A stretch of 64,000 nt of DNA from Malacoraja senta (Eukaryota). A program made the translations under genes and the position numbers. The notes under the pieces are model-generated. The model saw only the letters and a list, made by a program, of their open reading frames with translations, was not told the DNA's origin and ran no database searches. Below are positions 13,010 to 25,213 of this stretch, in pieces; the stretch's first letter is position 1; each line of letters begins with the position of its first letter. The stretch spans positions 186,001 through 250,000 of the forward strand of contig JAXLNO010000246.1 of assembly GCA_038087875.1 (NCBI GenBank). The letters run 5' to 3'.

Positions 13010-13300
13010 CAGCACAGTGGTGCAATGGTAGAGAGTTGCTGCCTCATAGCGCCAGAGACCCAGGTTCAATCCTGACTTCAGGTCTGTCTATGTGGCGTTT
13101 GCACATTTTCACTGTGACCGAGTGGGTTTCCTCCAGGTGTTCCGGTTTCCTCCCACAACCCAAAGGCATGCAGCTTTGTAGGTTAATTGGCCTATGTAAA
13201 TTCCCCTAGTGTGTAAAGAGTGGACGAGAAAGTGGAATAACTAGAGTGAATGGGAGATCAATGGTCAGCATGGACCCAGTGGGCCTGTTTCCGCTATAAC
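13010..13300 (+). mobile_element. HE1-like V-SINE
   Basis: Head CACAGTGGTGCAATGGTAGAG...GGTTCAATCC, V-domain and tail. Confidence 0.75.
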
Positions 13301-13309
13301 CATATAATA

Positions 13310-13585
13310 TAACCATATAACAATTACAGCACGGAAACAGGCCATCTCGACCCTTCTAGTCCGTGCCGAACACGTATTCTTCCCTAGTCCCATATACCTG
13401 CGCTCAGACCATAACCCTCCATTCCTTTCCCGTCCATATAACTATCCTATTTATTTTTAAATGATAAAAACGAACTTGCCTCCACCACCTTCACTGGAAG
13501 CTCATTCCACACAGCCACCACTCTCTGAGTAAAGAAGTTCCCCCTCATGTTACCCCTAAACTTCTGTCCCTTAATTCTCAAGTCA
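13310..13585 (-). mobile_element. CR1 LINE 3' end
   Basis: KFRGNMRGNFFTQRVVAVWNELP; (AACCATAT)n-like tail. Confidence 0.8.
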
Positions 13586-14649
13586 ACCCTTAACTCTAAA
13601 CTAACCTTAAAAACCACTAAAATTACTGATTTATTGCAAGTAGCTAGATTCAAAACTATTTAAACTACTGAAGACGGGTCCTGACTCAAAACATTACCTG
13701 TCCATTCCAACCACAGATGCTGCCTGACTCACTGAGTTCCTCCAGTATTTCATTGCTCAAGATTCCAACATGTCTCGATATTAACTACTTCTTTGAATAA
13801 CACTGTTGTTTGGTATTTTTATGATATTTTTACGGTAGAATTGCATGCTGAAATGTTCATACCTTGAACATAGTTGAAAAGGATAGTAATTCATTAATGC
13901 ATGCAGGAATAGTATTATTAAAATTGACTTTAGTAAAATACCGAATACACTGGCAATATGCAGTAGGTCAGGCCGCATCTGTGGGCAGGAAAGCAGAATG
14001 TTTTAGGCCAGAGACCCTTCAGGACTGGGAAGGAGGAGAAAGAAGAAAGGAGGAACTGAAGATGCTGGTTAACAAAATAAGACACAGTTTTGGAATAACT
14101 CAGTGGGACGGGCAGCATTACTGGAGAGCGTGGGATGCTAAGGTTTTGGGTCAGGACCATTCTTCAAACTGATTGTGGGGGTAAATAAAGCTGGAAGAGA
14201 GGAGGGGCAGAACAAAGTATGGCAGATGATAGGTGATAGATACCAAAATGAGAGAGCAGTCCTGAACTACTATCTGCCTCATTTGTGACCCTCGTACTTT
14301 CTTTGATCGGACTTTACTGGCTTTACCTTGCACTAAATGTTATTCCCTCATCATGTATCTCTACTCTGTAAATGGTTAGTTTGTAATCATGTATTGTCTT
14401 TACGCTGACTGGTTAGCAGGCAACAAAAGCTTTTCACTGTACCTCTGTACACGTAACAATAGACTAAACTAAAATGTTGCAGAGAGGATTTTCCGACAAC
14501 AAAGGCCAGAGATGAAAAGACAAAAGGAATTAAAGAATGGTGAATTGTGAAAATAGAGGAATGGATGAACGGGACGGGGGAGGGCAGAAATAGATGCAAG
14601 TCCAGATTGGGCACAGGGGAGGGGAAGAAATGGGGGGGTAGGTTACCTA

Positions 14650-15530
14650 AAATTCTCATCACTTCCCACACAAACCATAGCATCCCAGGTAATCTCCCCT
14701 GCAACTGCGGATGTAACATCTGTTCCTGTACCTCCTCTGTGGTCTGCCTCGAGGGACCATAGCAGTCCTTCTAGGTGAGACAAGAGATTCATGTACACCT
14801 TCTCTAAACTGATCTATTGCATTCCCAATGTGGCCTCCTGTATATCGACGAGACCAAGCATTGACTCCACGACCATTTCGCCGAAACTGGATCTGCCATG
14901 GACTTCTGCACTGGATCTCCTGGTTGCTAACCACTTGAACTTCCTTTCCCATTGCCGTATTTACCTTTCTGTCTTGGGTCTCCTCCATTGCCAGTGTGAG
15001 GTCAATTGCAAACAGACCCTAATATTCTTCTTGGGTAGCTTTCAACCTGATGGTGTGAACATTGAACTCGCCAATTTTAGGAAACCTAAGCCCTACTCTC
15101 CTCCTCCTCCTCCTCCCCTTTCTCCCCCACACCCATATTTCTCCCCACCGTTGCCCCCCTCCCCTGTAGCCCACCTGGACTTGCACCTATTTCCCTCCTA
15201 TCCCCCTTCCTTCTAAATTTGCCATTTGCAACCTTTCAATTATTTGGTTGCGCACCTTCTGTATTTTATCTCTGGCCCTTGTCCATAATCTCCCTATCAA
15301 CTCCCCCCATTACCGCCTCCTCACCTATGTTCACCTATTACCTGCCCCTCCTTTCATCCAGTTTCCTTCATCTCCCCCTTCCCCTCCCCCTCTACAATGC
15401 CCATACCACCCCCCCCCCCAACCTCCCACAATGAGTCTGAAGAAGGATCAATTCCACAACACCACATATCCATGTTTTCCAATGATACTGCCTGACCTGT
15501 CGCGTTGTCCCAGCACTTTGTGTCTTTTTC
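14650..15530 (+). mobile_element. Decayed Penelope-like element 3' part
   Basis: Similar to 6560-7200 (FMYTFSKLIYCIP, ANHLNFLSH, GSFQPDGVNIEL) with a degenerate tail. Confidence 0.7.
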
Positions 15531-16342
15531 TAGGAGGAAAAAAAGAAGCACGTTAAGCTGCAGGAAGTGTGGGGGAGGGAGAATGTCTTTCAATGATAGA
15601 CACAGAAAGCTGGAGTAACTCAGCGGGACAGGCAGCATCTCTGGAGAGAAGGAATGGGTGACGTTTCGGGTCGAAACCCCTTTTCAGACTTTCCAAGCCT
15701 TATCTGGTAGAATTTAATGAGATAGACATCTGTTTGTGGTCGAATGCATTATCTGAAAGCTGAATGTAAATTGTACTGTTAAGGCTTTACAATACGTCAT
15801 TGGTAAAAATGTGCATGGATTGAGCATATGGGCTTAATTGTCCTCCTGCTTTGAAGGAAAGCTCACAGCATGTCTCAATTGCATGTCAACCTAGTATCAT
15901 AAAAACAACTGCTGTAGGAACTCAGGTGGTAGAGGAACATCTTTGTAAGAAGGAACTGCAGATGCTGGTTTACACCGAAGATAGACACAAAATGCTGGAG
16001 TAACTCAGTGGGTCATGCAGCATTATTGGCAAAAGGAAATAGGTAACATTTCAGGTTGAGACCCTTCCTCACATCTTCAAGAGTCAAGAGTATTTTATTG
16101 TCATATGTCCCAGATAGGACAATGACATTCTTACTTGCTGCACAACAGAAGGGAATGTAATTTGGAGGGAATTAAATTTTTCACAATGATTTTAACTGGT
16201 ACAGTAAGTCACTTCTATTATTCATAAACCATTGTAGTAATATTTTCAAAACAATATTTGAAATGGCATAAGACCAAGACTGCATGCGAAGTCATCTTCT
16301 GATACAGTTTAGGATTTGGCAGGAAATGCTAAAAATATGGTT

Positions 16343-16628
16343 CAGCACGGTGGTGCAGCGGCAGAGCTGCAGCCTTACAGCGCAAGGGACCCGGGTTTGA
16401 TCCTGACTACGGTTTCTCTCTGCATGGAGTTTGTACGTACTTCCCATGACAGGTGCAGGTTTCCTCCGGATTCCTCCCACATTCCAATGACATACCAATT
16501 GGCTTAGTAAAATTCTAAATTGTCCCAACTGTGCATAGAATAGTGATAGTGTGCGGGGATCGCTGGTCGGCGTGGATTCGGTGGGCTGAAGGACCGGTTT
16601 CTGCACTGTATCTCTAAATTGAACTAAA
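16343..16628 (+). mobile_element. HE1-like V-SINE, full length
   Basis: CAGCACGGTGGTGCAGCGG head, GGTTTGATCC B-box, V-domain and CTCTAAA tail. Confidence 0.8.
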
Positions 16629-17489
16629 TACCCAGAAAGCAAGGAAAAGTTCAAGCTTAAGGAGAGGAAATCTGAATTCACATTCTAGACCTTCATCATT
16701 TAATTTGGCAACTAAAATGTTGCAACTCTATTTACTTCCACAGATGCTGTTGGATCATTTCCAACATGTTATATTTCTGTGTCAAGTTTATAGCACCATG
16801 TCATTATTTTACCTTATTTTCCACTGAAAATGGAAAGGTTGTTTGGTAGATTTGTAATGTAATCATACCCTAGAACATGGGTCCTTTGCTGATTAATATT
16901 GAGAGTTGAGTCCAGCAATACATTCCTCAGGGCTCGAGCAATTGTGCTCTTGACCTGCTGTGAATTTACAGAGAGAAGAATAAGGATGTGTAAAAGTGTA
17001 GTTATGCCGGCTGAAGTATGTACATTTTTGAGATGGTAGAGAAAATGGGAAGATGAATCACTTCTGTTCAGAAGACATTTAACAAGGTTACACTTAAAGT
17101 GTTTATAAACATTTGTGAGGTAGGATCAGGTTATTTGACTGGAAGGTAATTTTCCCCAAGTGAATGTGGGTGGTGGGAAAATTGAGAGAGGAGATTAATT
17201 GGAATGTGAGATTTACATGGAAACATAGAAAATACTGTAGGTGCAGGAGTAGGCACGTAAGCCAGACCCGTTTAACCCCCTGGAGATGGTCTGTAGTGAT
17301 ACCTTCTAACGAGGTTTTATGTAACTAACAATATTGCTAGTTCAGAGTCTATAAGGCTCTTAGGGACCTTAACATTCTGGTGTAGATGTGTGACCCCACA
17401 CAACCCAAGGTCCATGGGATATGCAAACATCTAGTTTGACCTTATGCCCCTGGTCTACTCTGCTTGACTAAATCATAAACATAAAACCT

Positions 17490-17705
17490 TATTATTGCCC
17501 GCAGATCTTCTTATCCAGTGTTAACTTATGCAATGACTGGACCCGTTGCGCTGAACTCAGCGCCATGAGCATAATCACGAGTAAGTGAGTTTGACCAAGG
17601 ACAGGGATGTAGCTGGAGCCCACCGGCGAATTGACGTAGCACAATGTTAACAACCCATATCTCCACGTCTCTAGGCCTGAGTTGAAGATACCCTTCATAA
17701 TCTAG
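17490..17705 (-). mobile_element. DIRS tyrosine-recombinase remnant
   Basis: MKGIFNS and LMALSSAQRVQSLHKLTLD match LMKGIFNS and LMA*VTAQRVQTLRKLQID in the DIRS element at about 59900-60100. Confidence 0.65.
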
Positions 17706-17734
17706 ATGTCAGAGGGTGAAGACTGCGCCAGCAC

Positions 17735-17960
17735 GCATGCTGATCATCCAAAATCAGTACCCCGTTCCTGCTTTTTACCCATACCCTTGATTCCATTAGC
17801 CCTAAGAGCTAAATCTAACTCTATCTTGAAAACATCCAGTGAATTGGTCTCCACTGCCTTCTGTGGCAAAGAATACCACAGATATACAACTCTCTGGGTG
17901 AAAACGTTTTTCCTTATCTCATTCCTAAATGGCCTATCCCTTATTTTTAAACTATGACAC
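17735..17960 (-). mobile_element. CR1 LINE 3' end
   Basis: KIRDRPFRNEIRKNVFTQRVVYLWYSLP..FKIELD. Confidence 0.8.
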
Positions 17961-18016
17961 AAATTTCTGTGTTCGATGACTTTATTCTCCTCAGTGATTT
18001 GGTGCACATGTTAATA

Positions 18017-18325
18017 GTTTAGTTTAGAGATATAGAGCAGAAACAGGCCCTTTGGCCCACCGAGTCTGCACCGGACAGCGATTCACGCACCTTAACGCTA
18101 CCTTACACACAAACGTGGGACAATTTAATATTTACACCAAGCCCATTAACCTATAAACATGTATGTCTTTGGAGTGTGGGAGGAAATCGATGGTCTTGGA
18201 GAAAACCCATGCAGATCACGGGGAGAAAGTACAAACTCCATACAGACAGCACCTATAGTTAGGATCGAACCCGGGTCTCTGGCACTGTGAGGCAGTCACT
18301 CTACCTCTACTGCACCGTGCCACCC
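18017..18325 (-). mobile_element. HE1-like V-SINE, full length
   Basis: Reverse-strand head, V-domain and (CTAAA)n tail. Confidence 0.8.
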
Positions 18326-18429
18326 ATAATAGTGCTGCCCAAAAGTCAAGAGAGTTTTATTGTCATGTGTCCCAGATAGGACAATGAATTCTTGCCTGTT
18401 GCAGCACAACAGAATATGTAAACATAATA

Positions 18430-19085
18430 CAGAGATAAAACAGAGAGATGAGTGTGTGGCCAGGATGGTGTGGGTCTTTGATGATGTTGGCAGCCATTTT
18501 GAGGCAGCGACTGCGATGGATCCCTTCGATGGAAGGGAGGTCAGAGCCGAAGATGGACTGGGCAGTAGTCACAAACTTTCTGGATTCTTTTCCGCTCCTG
18601 GACGTTCAAGTTGCCGAACCAAGCCACGATGCAACCAGTCAGCATGCTCTCTACTGTGCACCTGTACAAGTCCGAGAGAGACCTCCTTGACATACCAACT
18701 CTCCGTAATCTTCTCAGGAAGTAGAGGCGCTGATGTGCCTTCTTTATAATTGCATCAGTGTGCTGGGACCTGGAAAGATCTTCGGAAATATGCACGCCCA
18801 GGAATTTGAAGTTCTTGACCCTTTCCACCATCGTCCCGGGATATAAACGGGATTGTGGGTTCATATCCTACCTCTTCCAAAGTCCACAATCAGTTCCTTG
18901 GTTTTACTGGTGTTGAGGGCCGGGTTATTGTGCTGGCACCATTTGGTCAATCGGTCGATCTCACTAATATACTCTGACTCATCACCATCAGTGTTTCGTC
19001 CCACAACAGTGGTGTTGTCGGCGAACTTGATGATGGAGTTCGGACTATGTCTGGCTGCGCAGTCATGAGTTTAGAGTGAGTACAG
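18430..19085 (-). mobile_element. Rex1/Babar LINE RT 3' fragment
   Basis: IIKFADNTTVVG..WCQHNN..NTSKTKELIVDF; FKFLGVHISEDL..KKAHQRLYFLRRLRR (DUF1891-type). Confidence 0.85.
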
Positions 19086-19482
19086 AAGAACAGTTTTCTT
19101 GTTTTTCAGTCATCAATATTGTCACTAGAATGGGCCATAAAAAAGTACTTCCTGTGGAAAAAGTTCAGTGACTTGGGGGAAAAAGATTTAAACTAATTGG
19201 TCAACTAAATTGTAAAAGACAATGTAAAAAGAATACACATGTGATCCATGAACTAGTTCAAAGAGCTGCCTTGCCTCAGGCACCATCCACTGAATGCTGC
19301 CGAGTGGTGTATTTGTGGGATACTTTGTAGGATTGCATGGAATAAAAATATACATCAATCATAAATGATTTAAATGGCACACAGGATGCCAAGTTTTATT
19401 TACACTCTATTTGTAAACACAGAACAATGCTGCACAAGGCAGGATGTACAGGAAGGAACTGCTGATGCTGGTTAAAACTCTT

Positions 19483-20173
19483 CAGTGAGTCCCTCAGCAC
19501 GTACTCCTGCAGTCTGGAATGGACAGATGATGTTTTGGGTCAGACGCTTCTTCAGACTGATTGTAATAGAAAGCTGAAAAAGAGATGTGGGGCTGGGACA
19601 AAGCCTGGCAAGTGATACAGGTGATAAGACACAAAAAGCTAGAGTAACTCAGCGGGACAGGCAGCATCTCTGGAGAGAAGGAATGGGTGATGTTTCTGGT
19701 CGAGACCCTTCTTCAGACACTTTGTCTCCTTTTCACCTCTAGCCATTGCCACTTACTCCACCCATCTATGTATCTAAATCCGTTCTCTAGTCGCACCAGC
19801 TTCTCGTTTTCACCCAACAAATAACTTACAACGGCCTGTTTCCTTTATCATCGTCACTTTTTTGCATATCTTTCATTCATTGTTCTTTATCTCTCTACAT
19901 CCTTTTCTATATCTCTTGTTTCCCTTATCCCCAACTAGTCTGAAGAAGAATCTCGACCTGAAAAGTCACCCATTCCTTCTCTCCAGAGATGCTGCCTGTC
20001 CCACTGAGTTACTCCAGCTTTTTATGTCTTATCACCTGTATCACTTGCCAGGCTTTGTCCCAGCCCCACAACTCTTTTTCAGCTTTCTATTACAATCAGT
20101 CTGAAGAAGTGTCTGACCCAAAACATCATCTGTCCATTCCAGACTGCAGGAGTATGTGCTGAGGGACTCACTG
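19483..20173. repeat. Long inverted repeat: 236-bp arms (19483-19718 and 19938-20173), 219-bp spacer
   Basis: By-eye alignment gives 11 mismatches in 236 bp. Each arm contains two hammerhead-like Penelope tail cores. Confidence 0.9.
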
Positions 20174-20864
20174 GAGCTTGTTGCAGCCAACACCAAGGCT
20201 CAGTGGAGGTCTACAGTCTAGGGTCCTTCGTGGCAATACATTGGGGGGCTGCAACTGGTGAAGACGCCCCTCAAACAAGGGAAGGGCTATTAACCCAGGA
20301 GGGCTATACAAGTGGCAAGGGTGCTTGATATAAGGATAGTTTGTGAACACAACCAAAAATAACTGTAATTAATCCATGTGTGGACACTGAGAATGGCAGA
20401 AACGTTGTTTGCACTGTTCTTGTTTTGTATATATTTCATTATTCTGAATAATGTTTATTTTTGGCTGGGATAAAATCCCTCCAGATATTACCTGACCTGC
20501 TGAGTCTCTGCAGCCCTTTGTGTTTTGCAGTGAATAGTATATATGATGTGGATGTGAATATTGGTGGTTTGATTAGTAGGTTTGCAGATGACATGTACAT
20601 TGAAGAAGGTTGTCTATGGATCCAGTGGGATACAGATTAGCTAGAGAGCTGGATGGAGCAATAGCAGAAGGAATGTAATCCAGAGATGTGTGAAGTTGTG
20701 CGTGTCGGCATGTCATGTTCTGGTAGGACATAAACGGTAAGAACCTGAGGGGTGTTAATATACAGAGTCCTTGGGTTGCAAGTTCATTGATACGTGAAAA
20801 TGCCGACAAGGGGAGACAGGAAAGCAAAAAATGCACTTTGGCATGCTTGTCCACTTAGACATAG

Positions 20865-21460
20865 CAACATATAAAATTGGTGCAGGAGTAGGCCATTTGG
20901 CCCTTCAAGCCAGCACCACCATTCAATATGGTCATGGGTGATCAACCAGAATCAGTACCCTGTTCCTGCTTTCTCCCCATATCCCTTGATTTCGTTAACC
21001 CTAAGAGCTAACTCTCTCTTGAATACATTCAGTTAATTGGTCTCCGCTGCCTTCTGTGGCCGAGAATTCCACAGATTCACAACACTCTGGGTGAAAAGGT
21101 TTTCCCCATCTCAATCCTAAATGGCCTACCCCTTATTTGTAAACTGTGACCCCTGGTTCTGGACTCCCCCAACATTGAGAATATTTTTCCTGCATCTAGT
21201 CTGTCAAATCCCTTGTTAGTATTCGGTTTCTATCTGATTCCCTCTCATCCTTCTGAATTCCAGTGAATATAATCCCAGTCGATTCATTCTTTTATTTTAT
21301 GTCAGTCCTGCCATCCTGGGAATTAACCTGGTGAACTTTGCTGCACTCCTTCAATAGCAAGAACGTCCTTCTTCAAACTAGGTGACCAAGACTGCACAAA
21401 ATACTCCAGGTGCAGTCTCACCAGGGCCCTGTATAACTGAATAGACTCTGGCATCAAGTA
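20865..21460 (-). mobile_element. CR1 LINE 3' portion
   Basis: Reverse-strand match to the CR1 3' RT region and 3' UTR (GGTGCAGGAGTAGGCCATT...). Confidence 0.75.
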
Positions 21461-22534
21461 TATGAGTTGAGAAATCAAACAAAACATTGGTTAGGCTGCA
21501 CATGGAGTATTGTGTAGAGTTCTGGTCGCTCCTCTACTAACGTTACTGTGCGGGGATCACTGGTTGGCGTGGGCCGAAGGGCCTGTTTCTGCAATGTATC
21601 TCTAAACTAAAAAGGATGTGATGGCATAAAAAGTAGTGCAGAAGGGTTTTGCCAGGTTGTTGCCTGGAATAGAGGTCTGGTGTTATGTGAAGAGATTGGA
21701 TAGGCTGCATTTATTCTCACTAGAATGCAGGAGTGAAATAATGAGGGCTATAGATTGTGTCGGAAGGATCTGCAGATGCAGGTTTAAACTGAAGAAAGAC
21801 ACAAAAAGCTGGAGTAACTCAGTGGGACAGGCAGCATCATTGGAGAGAAGGAATGGGTGATATTTCGGGTCGAGACCTTTTCGGGTCGAAACGCTTCTTC
21901 AGGAAGGATTAACAGATGTTGGTTTACACCGAAGACAGACATAAAATGCTGGAGTAACTCAGCAGGACAGGCAGCATCTTTGGAGGGAAGGAATGAGTGA
22001 CGTTTCTAAACATCATCCATTCCTTCTCTCCATAAATACTGCCTGCCCTGCTGAGTTACTCCAGCATTTTGTGTCTATCATTGGGGTATAGATAGGATAG
22101 AGAGTAACTGTCTCTTTCCCGGGGCAGTGGGGACTAGAACTGGAGGTTTAAGGTGATGGGAGAGAAATGTCAAGGGGATCTGAGCAGAAGTTTCTCACCA
22201 CAGTAGTTATCTGGAATGAGCTGCAGGGGAGATGGTAGAGGCAGACATAATCACAATGTCTATAAAGCATTTGGACTTTTGGTAGGAAAGTCAGGGAGGG
22301 ATAAGGGCGTAATTCATGTAATTGTAGATAAACATCTCGGTCAGCATAGACAAGATTGGGCAAAAGGGCCTGTTTATATGCTGCAGGATTCCGTTTATTT
22401 TAAGATTCTTTCTGTGGTTTTCATGTTGCTATCTCTATTAGCCAGAATAATCACTAAAAATGGCTCAAGCAGTCTACACCAGAGAGAACACAGCGTGAAC
22501 CAAAGGAAGTGAGATATGTAAAATAGGTTCTTTA

Positions 22535-22853
22535 GTTTTTTAATTTAGATACACAGCGTGGAAACAGGCCTTTCAGCCCACCAAGTCTGCACCGACCAGC
22601 GACTAACCCGCACACTAATACCATCCTATGCACACGAGGGACAATTTGACACATGCATCAAGTCAATTAACCTACATTCCTGCACGTCTTTGGAGTGGGA
22701 GGAAATCGAAGATCTCAGCGAAAATCCACACAGGTCACGGGGAGAACGTACTAACTCTGTACAGACAGCACCCATAGTCAGGATTGAAACCGGGTCTCTG
22801 GCACTGCAAACACTGTAAGGCAGCAACTCTACCACTGTGCCACTGTGCCGCCC
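22535..22853 (-). mobile_element. HE1-like V-SINE
   Basis: Reverse-strand full-length copy. Confidence 0.8.
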
Positions 22854-23544
22854 TTATTGGTAACTTTGTGTGATCTTATTTTGTTATGATGCAAATTCTA
22901 TGGGAACGCTTTCTCAAAGAGATAGATAATGATGTAGAAACAATGAACTGCAGATGCTGGTTTGTACCAAAGAGTGTCACAAAGTGCTGGAGTAACTCAA
23001 CGGGTCAGAGGTGTGCTACAGCATCTCTGTAGAAAAAGGATGGGTGATGCTGGGTGAAGCTTCAGGTTGGGATCCTTCTTCAGACTGATGTATCGGGTTG
23101 GGACCCTTCTTCAGACTAACCCTGCTTGAGACTGAAGTAGGGTCCTGACACGAAGTGTCATCCAGCCTTTTTCTCCAGAGATGCTGCTGGTCTCGCTGAG
23201 TTACTTTACCACTCTGTGTCTAAGGTTGATAATGAGTTGTTCAATCCTGATGTTTTGTGATGTTAATTTCTGCATGTTCACAGGGCAGACTGTGAGAGTA
23301 AACAGTTGAAAAACTAGTCTAGCAGGAAATGTGTGGTATTTGAGTAAGTGTGAATGTGGGGCCTCTCCAGTGAGATGATTGGGGAACTCCCTGACAAAGG
23401 GAGATGTGGGGAACAAGTCACCAGGAGGTCACATCAAAGCAGAAGTTAAATGTTACATTGATATTTAGAGTCTGCTCTTGATGTACTGGCATGGTGCAAT
23501 CCGATTTGGACAACTTACTGTATATTGCAGCTCAAGATGGTATA

Positions 23545-23830
23545 GAGATATAGCATTGGAACAGGCTCTTCAGCCCACCAAGTCCACGCTGAACAGCGAT
23601 CCCCATACAGTAGCAATATCCTATAGACTAGCAACAATTTATAATCTTTACCAAACCCTATTAAACTACAAACTCATCTTTGGAGTGTGGGAGGAAGCTG
23701 GAGCACCCAGGGAAATCCCACAGGTAGAATGTAAAAACTCCATACAGACAGCACCCATGGTCAGGATTGAACCTGGCGGTCTCTTGAGCTGTAAGGCAGT
23801 AACTCTACCGCTGTTCCACCATGTCACCCT
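23545..23830 (-). mobile_element. HE1-like V-SINE
   Basis: Reverse-strand copy. Confidence 0.7.
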
Positions 23831-24287
23831 TTTGTGGGGGATCATGCAGAAGCCTCCTCGTGGCGATCCACAGAACCGATGACACGATGCACTCTGTGAC
23901 GCGTCGGGCGACCAATTCTGTCAACATGTTGGACGACGACAGAAGCCAACAGTGAGCTACACCTCGTCTGACACACGAGCGAATGAACCCTTGTTAGACT
24001 AATTAACTGAAGGTTACGACTTATAAATATGATGTGATGCAACTAATTGAGAGTGCAGCATAGAGAGTGCAGCACAGAAACAAGCCCTTTGACCCATCAA
24101 GTCCATACTAACTATTTTGGGACCTGATCTCTTTTTATCTTCCTGATATTTCCAATACCTACCCCTAGAATTTACTCTTTAACGACACACGGAGCAATAA
24201 ATGGTGGCCTGTGAACCAAATAACTGCCGTGACTTCCCTTTGTGGGTGGAATATCTGAATATCATATTTCCAAATGTTGATCAGTAA

Positions 24288-24585
24288 GGGCGACATGGTG
24301 GGGCAGCGATAGAGTTGCTGCCTTAAAGTGCCAGAGCCCCGGGTCCGATCCTGACTATGGCTGCTGTCTGTACGGAGTTTGTACATTCTCCCCATGACCA
24401 GTGGGTTTTCGCCAAGATCTTCGGTTTCCTCCCACACTCCAAAGACGTACAGGTTTGTAAGTTAATAGGCTTGATATAAATGTAAATTGTCCTTCGTGTG
24501 TAGGATAGTGTTAATGTGGGGGGATCTGTACGGACTCGTGCTGAAGGGCCTGTTTCCACACTGTATCTCTAAACTAAACTAAAAT
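24288..24585 (+). mobile_element. HE1-like V-SINE, full length
   Basis: Head, B-box-like GGTCCGATCC, V-domain and CTCTAAACTAAACTAAA tail. Confidence 0.8.
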
Positions 24586-24952
24586 AATCTAAGTAAGCTT
24601 GACATTTAGAATCATGTACAGCATAGAAACAGGCCCTTCAGCCCAGCTTATCTATGCCAGCCAAGATGCCCCATCTACCCTTGACCCACCTATCTATATT
24701 TTAGCTTAGTTTAACTTATTATTAATGTCACGTGTACTGTTTTGCAGTGAAAATGTTTCTTGTGTGCTATCCAGTCAGTGAAAAGACTACATTACAATGA
24801 AGCCGTTCACAATCTATAGATACAGGGTAAAGGATATCATGTTTAGTGCAATGTAAATCCAATTGGTGTTTTGCCAATTTCCCTCCAAACCTTTCCTATC
24901 CATAGAAATTTCTATTACTTGACAATAATTGTATTATTTTATTTGTGTCTAG

Positions 24953-25213
24953 GGCCTCACACACTGATCTACTACTACACCCTGAACCACGGGAGTACTC
25001 ATCTACCAGAATATAGTGTCGTGGGTGAACTGGATGGTTGTGAGATACAGTATTATGACAAAAACATGGTCATTACAGTTCCAAGACAGAAATGGATGGC
25101 GGCTGCATTTGACAGGAATTACTGGGTAACAAATACGGTCTGTGAAACTGGTTTCCATGGAATCATCAAAGGGCAAGTCGATGAATGGATGCGGAGGCAG
25201 AACGAAACAGCAA
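24953..25213 (+). CDS. MHC class I-like exon 2 (alpha1 domain)
   Basis: Acceptor TGTCTAG| and donor |GTTAGT; 261 nt. GPHTLIYYYT...PEYSVVGELDG..IQYYD..PRQKWM..YW..RRQNET contains the class I alpha1 motifs, including the N86-type glycosylation site (NET). Confidence 0.92.
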
